Below, piece by piece: positions 63,884 to 64,000 of a stretch of DNA of 64,000 bases. The stretch comes from a virus (Duplodnaviria; Caudoviricetes): the IMG/VR virus record IMGVR_UViG_3300049892_000014, positions 1-64,000 of that record. One strand, written 5' to 3'. Position 1 is the stretch's first letter; every line of letters begins with the position of its first letter. The position numbers and the translations under genes were made by a program. Below the pieces are notes generated by a model, which was not told the origin of the DNA, did no database searches, and saw only the letters and a list, made by a program, of their open reading frames with translations.

Positions 63884-63936
63884 TATAAACCATTCCCAGG
63901 CTTGTCCACGTGTAGACAAGCCAAGGATAATCTATA
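63884..63936 (-). promoter_or_regulatory. Conserved RNA stem, copy 7
   Basis: UAUAGAUUAUCC-UU-GGCUUGUC...GACAAGCC-U-GGGAAUGGUUUAUA. Confidence 0.85.
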
Positions 63937-64000
63937 AGCAGGACTATTCTTGATAATCATCCAGAGGATACTGCATAGCATACTCTATGCAATCCTTCGA

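Noticed and set aside
54707-63936. CRISPR array or mini-array
   Set aside because: Repeats are dispersed hairpin arms separated by genes, not regularly spaced direct repeats; no cas genes seen.
54707-63936. Rho-independent terminators
   Set aside because: No U-tract after the stems on the coding strand; they have a conserved internal loop and run straight into SD sequences.
1-64000. Amber (TAG) stop-codon reassignment
   Set aside because: Long conserved genes are uninterrupted in code 11, and TAG ends genes at positions matching paralogs and downstream starts.

Overview
A 64-kb, AT-rich, gene-dense segment of a tailed dsDNA bacteriophage genome. It uses standard code 11, Shine-Dalgarno sites and sigma70-like promoters; a likely outer-membrane beta-barrel and a secreted FN3 protein suggest a diderm host. 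1-26 kb (+): late/virion region with duplicated tail-appendage cassettes, glycosyltransferases, a radical SAM enzyme, a GNAT-like gene, podovirus-style ejection proteins and two giant polyvalent proteins (metallopeptidase/LPD38-like; NUDIX+kinase+ADP-ribosyltransferase). 26-29.5 kb (+): lysis cassette and two phosphoesterases. 29.5-42.3 kb (mostly +): SbcCD, SSB, HNH, tRNA-Thr, an orphan NrdJ C-terminal domain, a split initiator, DnaC, DnaB, Hjc-type resolvase and a macrodomain. 42.4-64 kb (-): early/host-takeover region with PNK, SNF2, tyrosine recombinase, radical SAM, methyltransferase, VWA-peptidase + MoxR AAA+, primase, DUF932, NADAR and many small ORFs. The strongest unexplained signals are: (i) 8-10 otherwise unrelated small early proteins sharing a C-terminal helical tag around a MoxR/VWA pair; (ii) seven copies of a covarying RNA stem with a conserved U-rich internal loop just upstream of early-gene RBSs, some enclosing ~100-nt structured RNA cargo; (iii) a promoter-driven tRNA-like ncRNA heading a peptide/TNSS/radical-SAM operon; (iv) an ADP-ribose writer plus three candidate erasers. 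All assignments are by eye from motifs; no searches were run.
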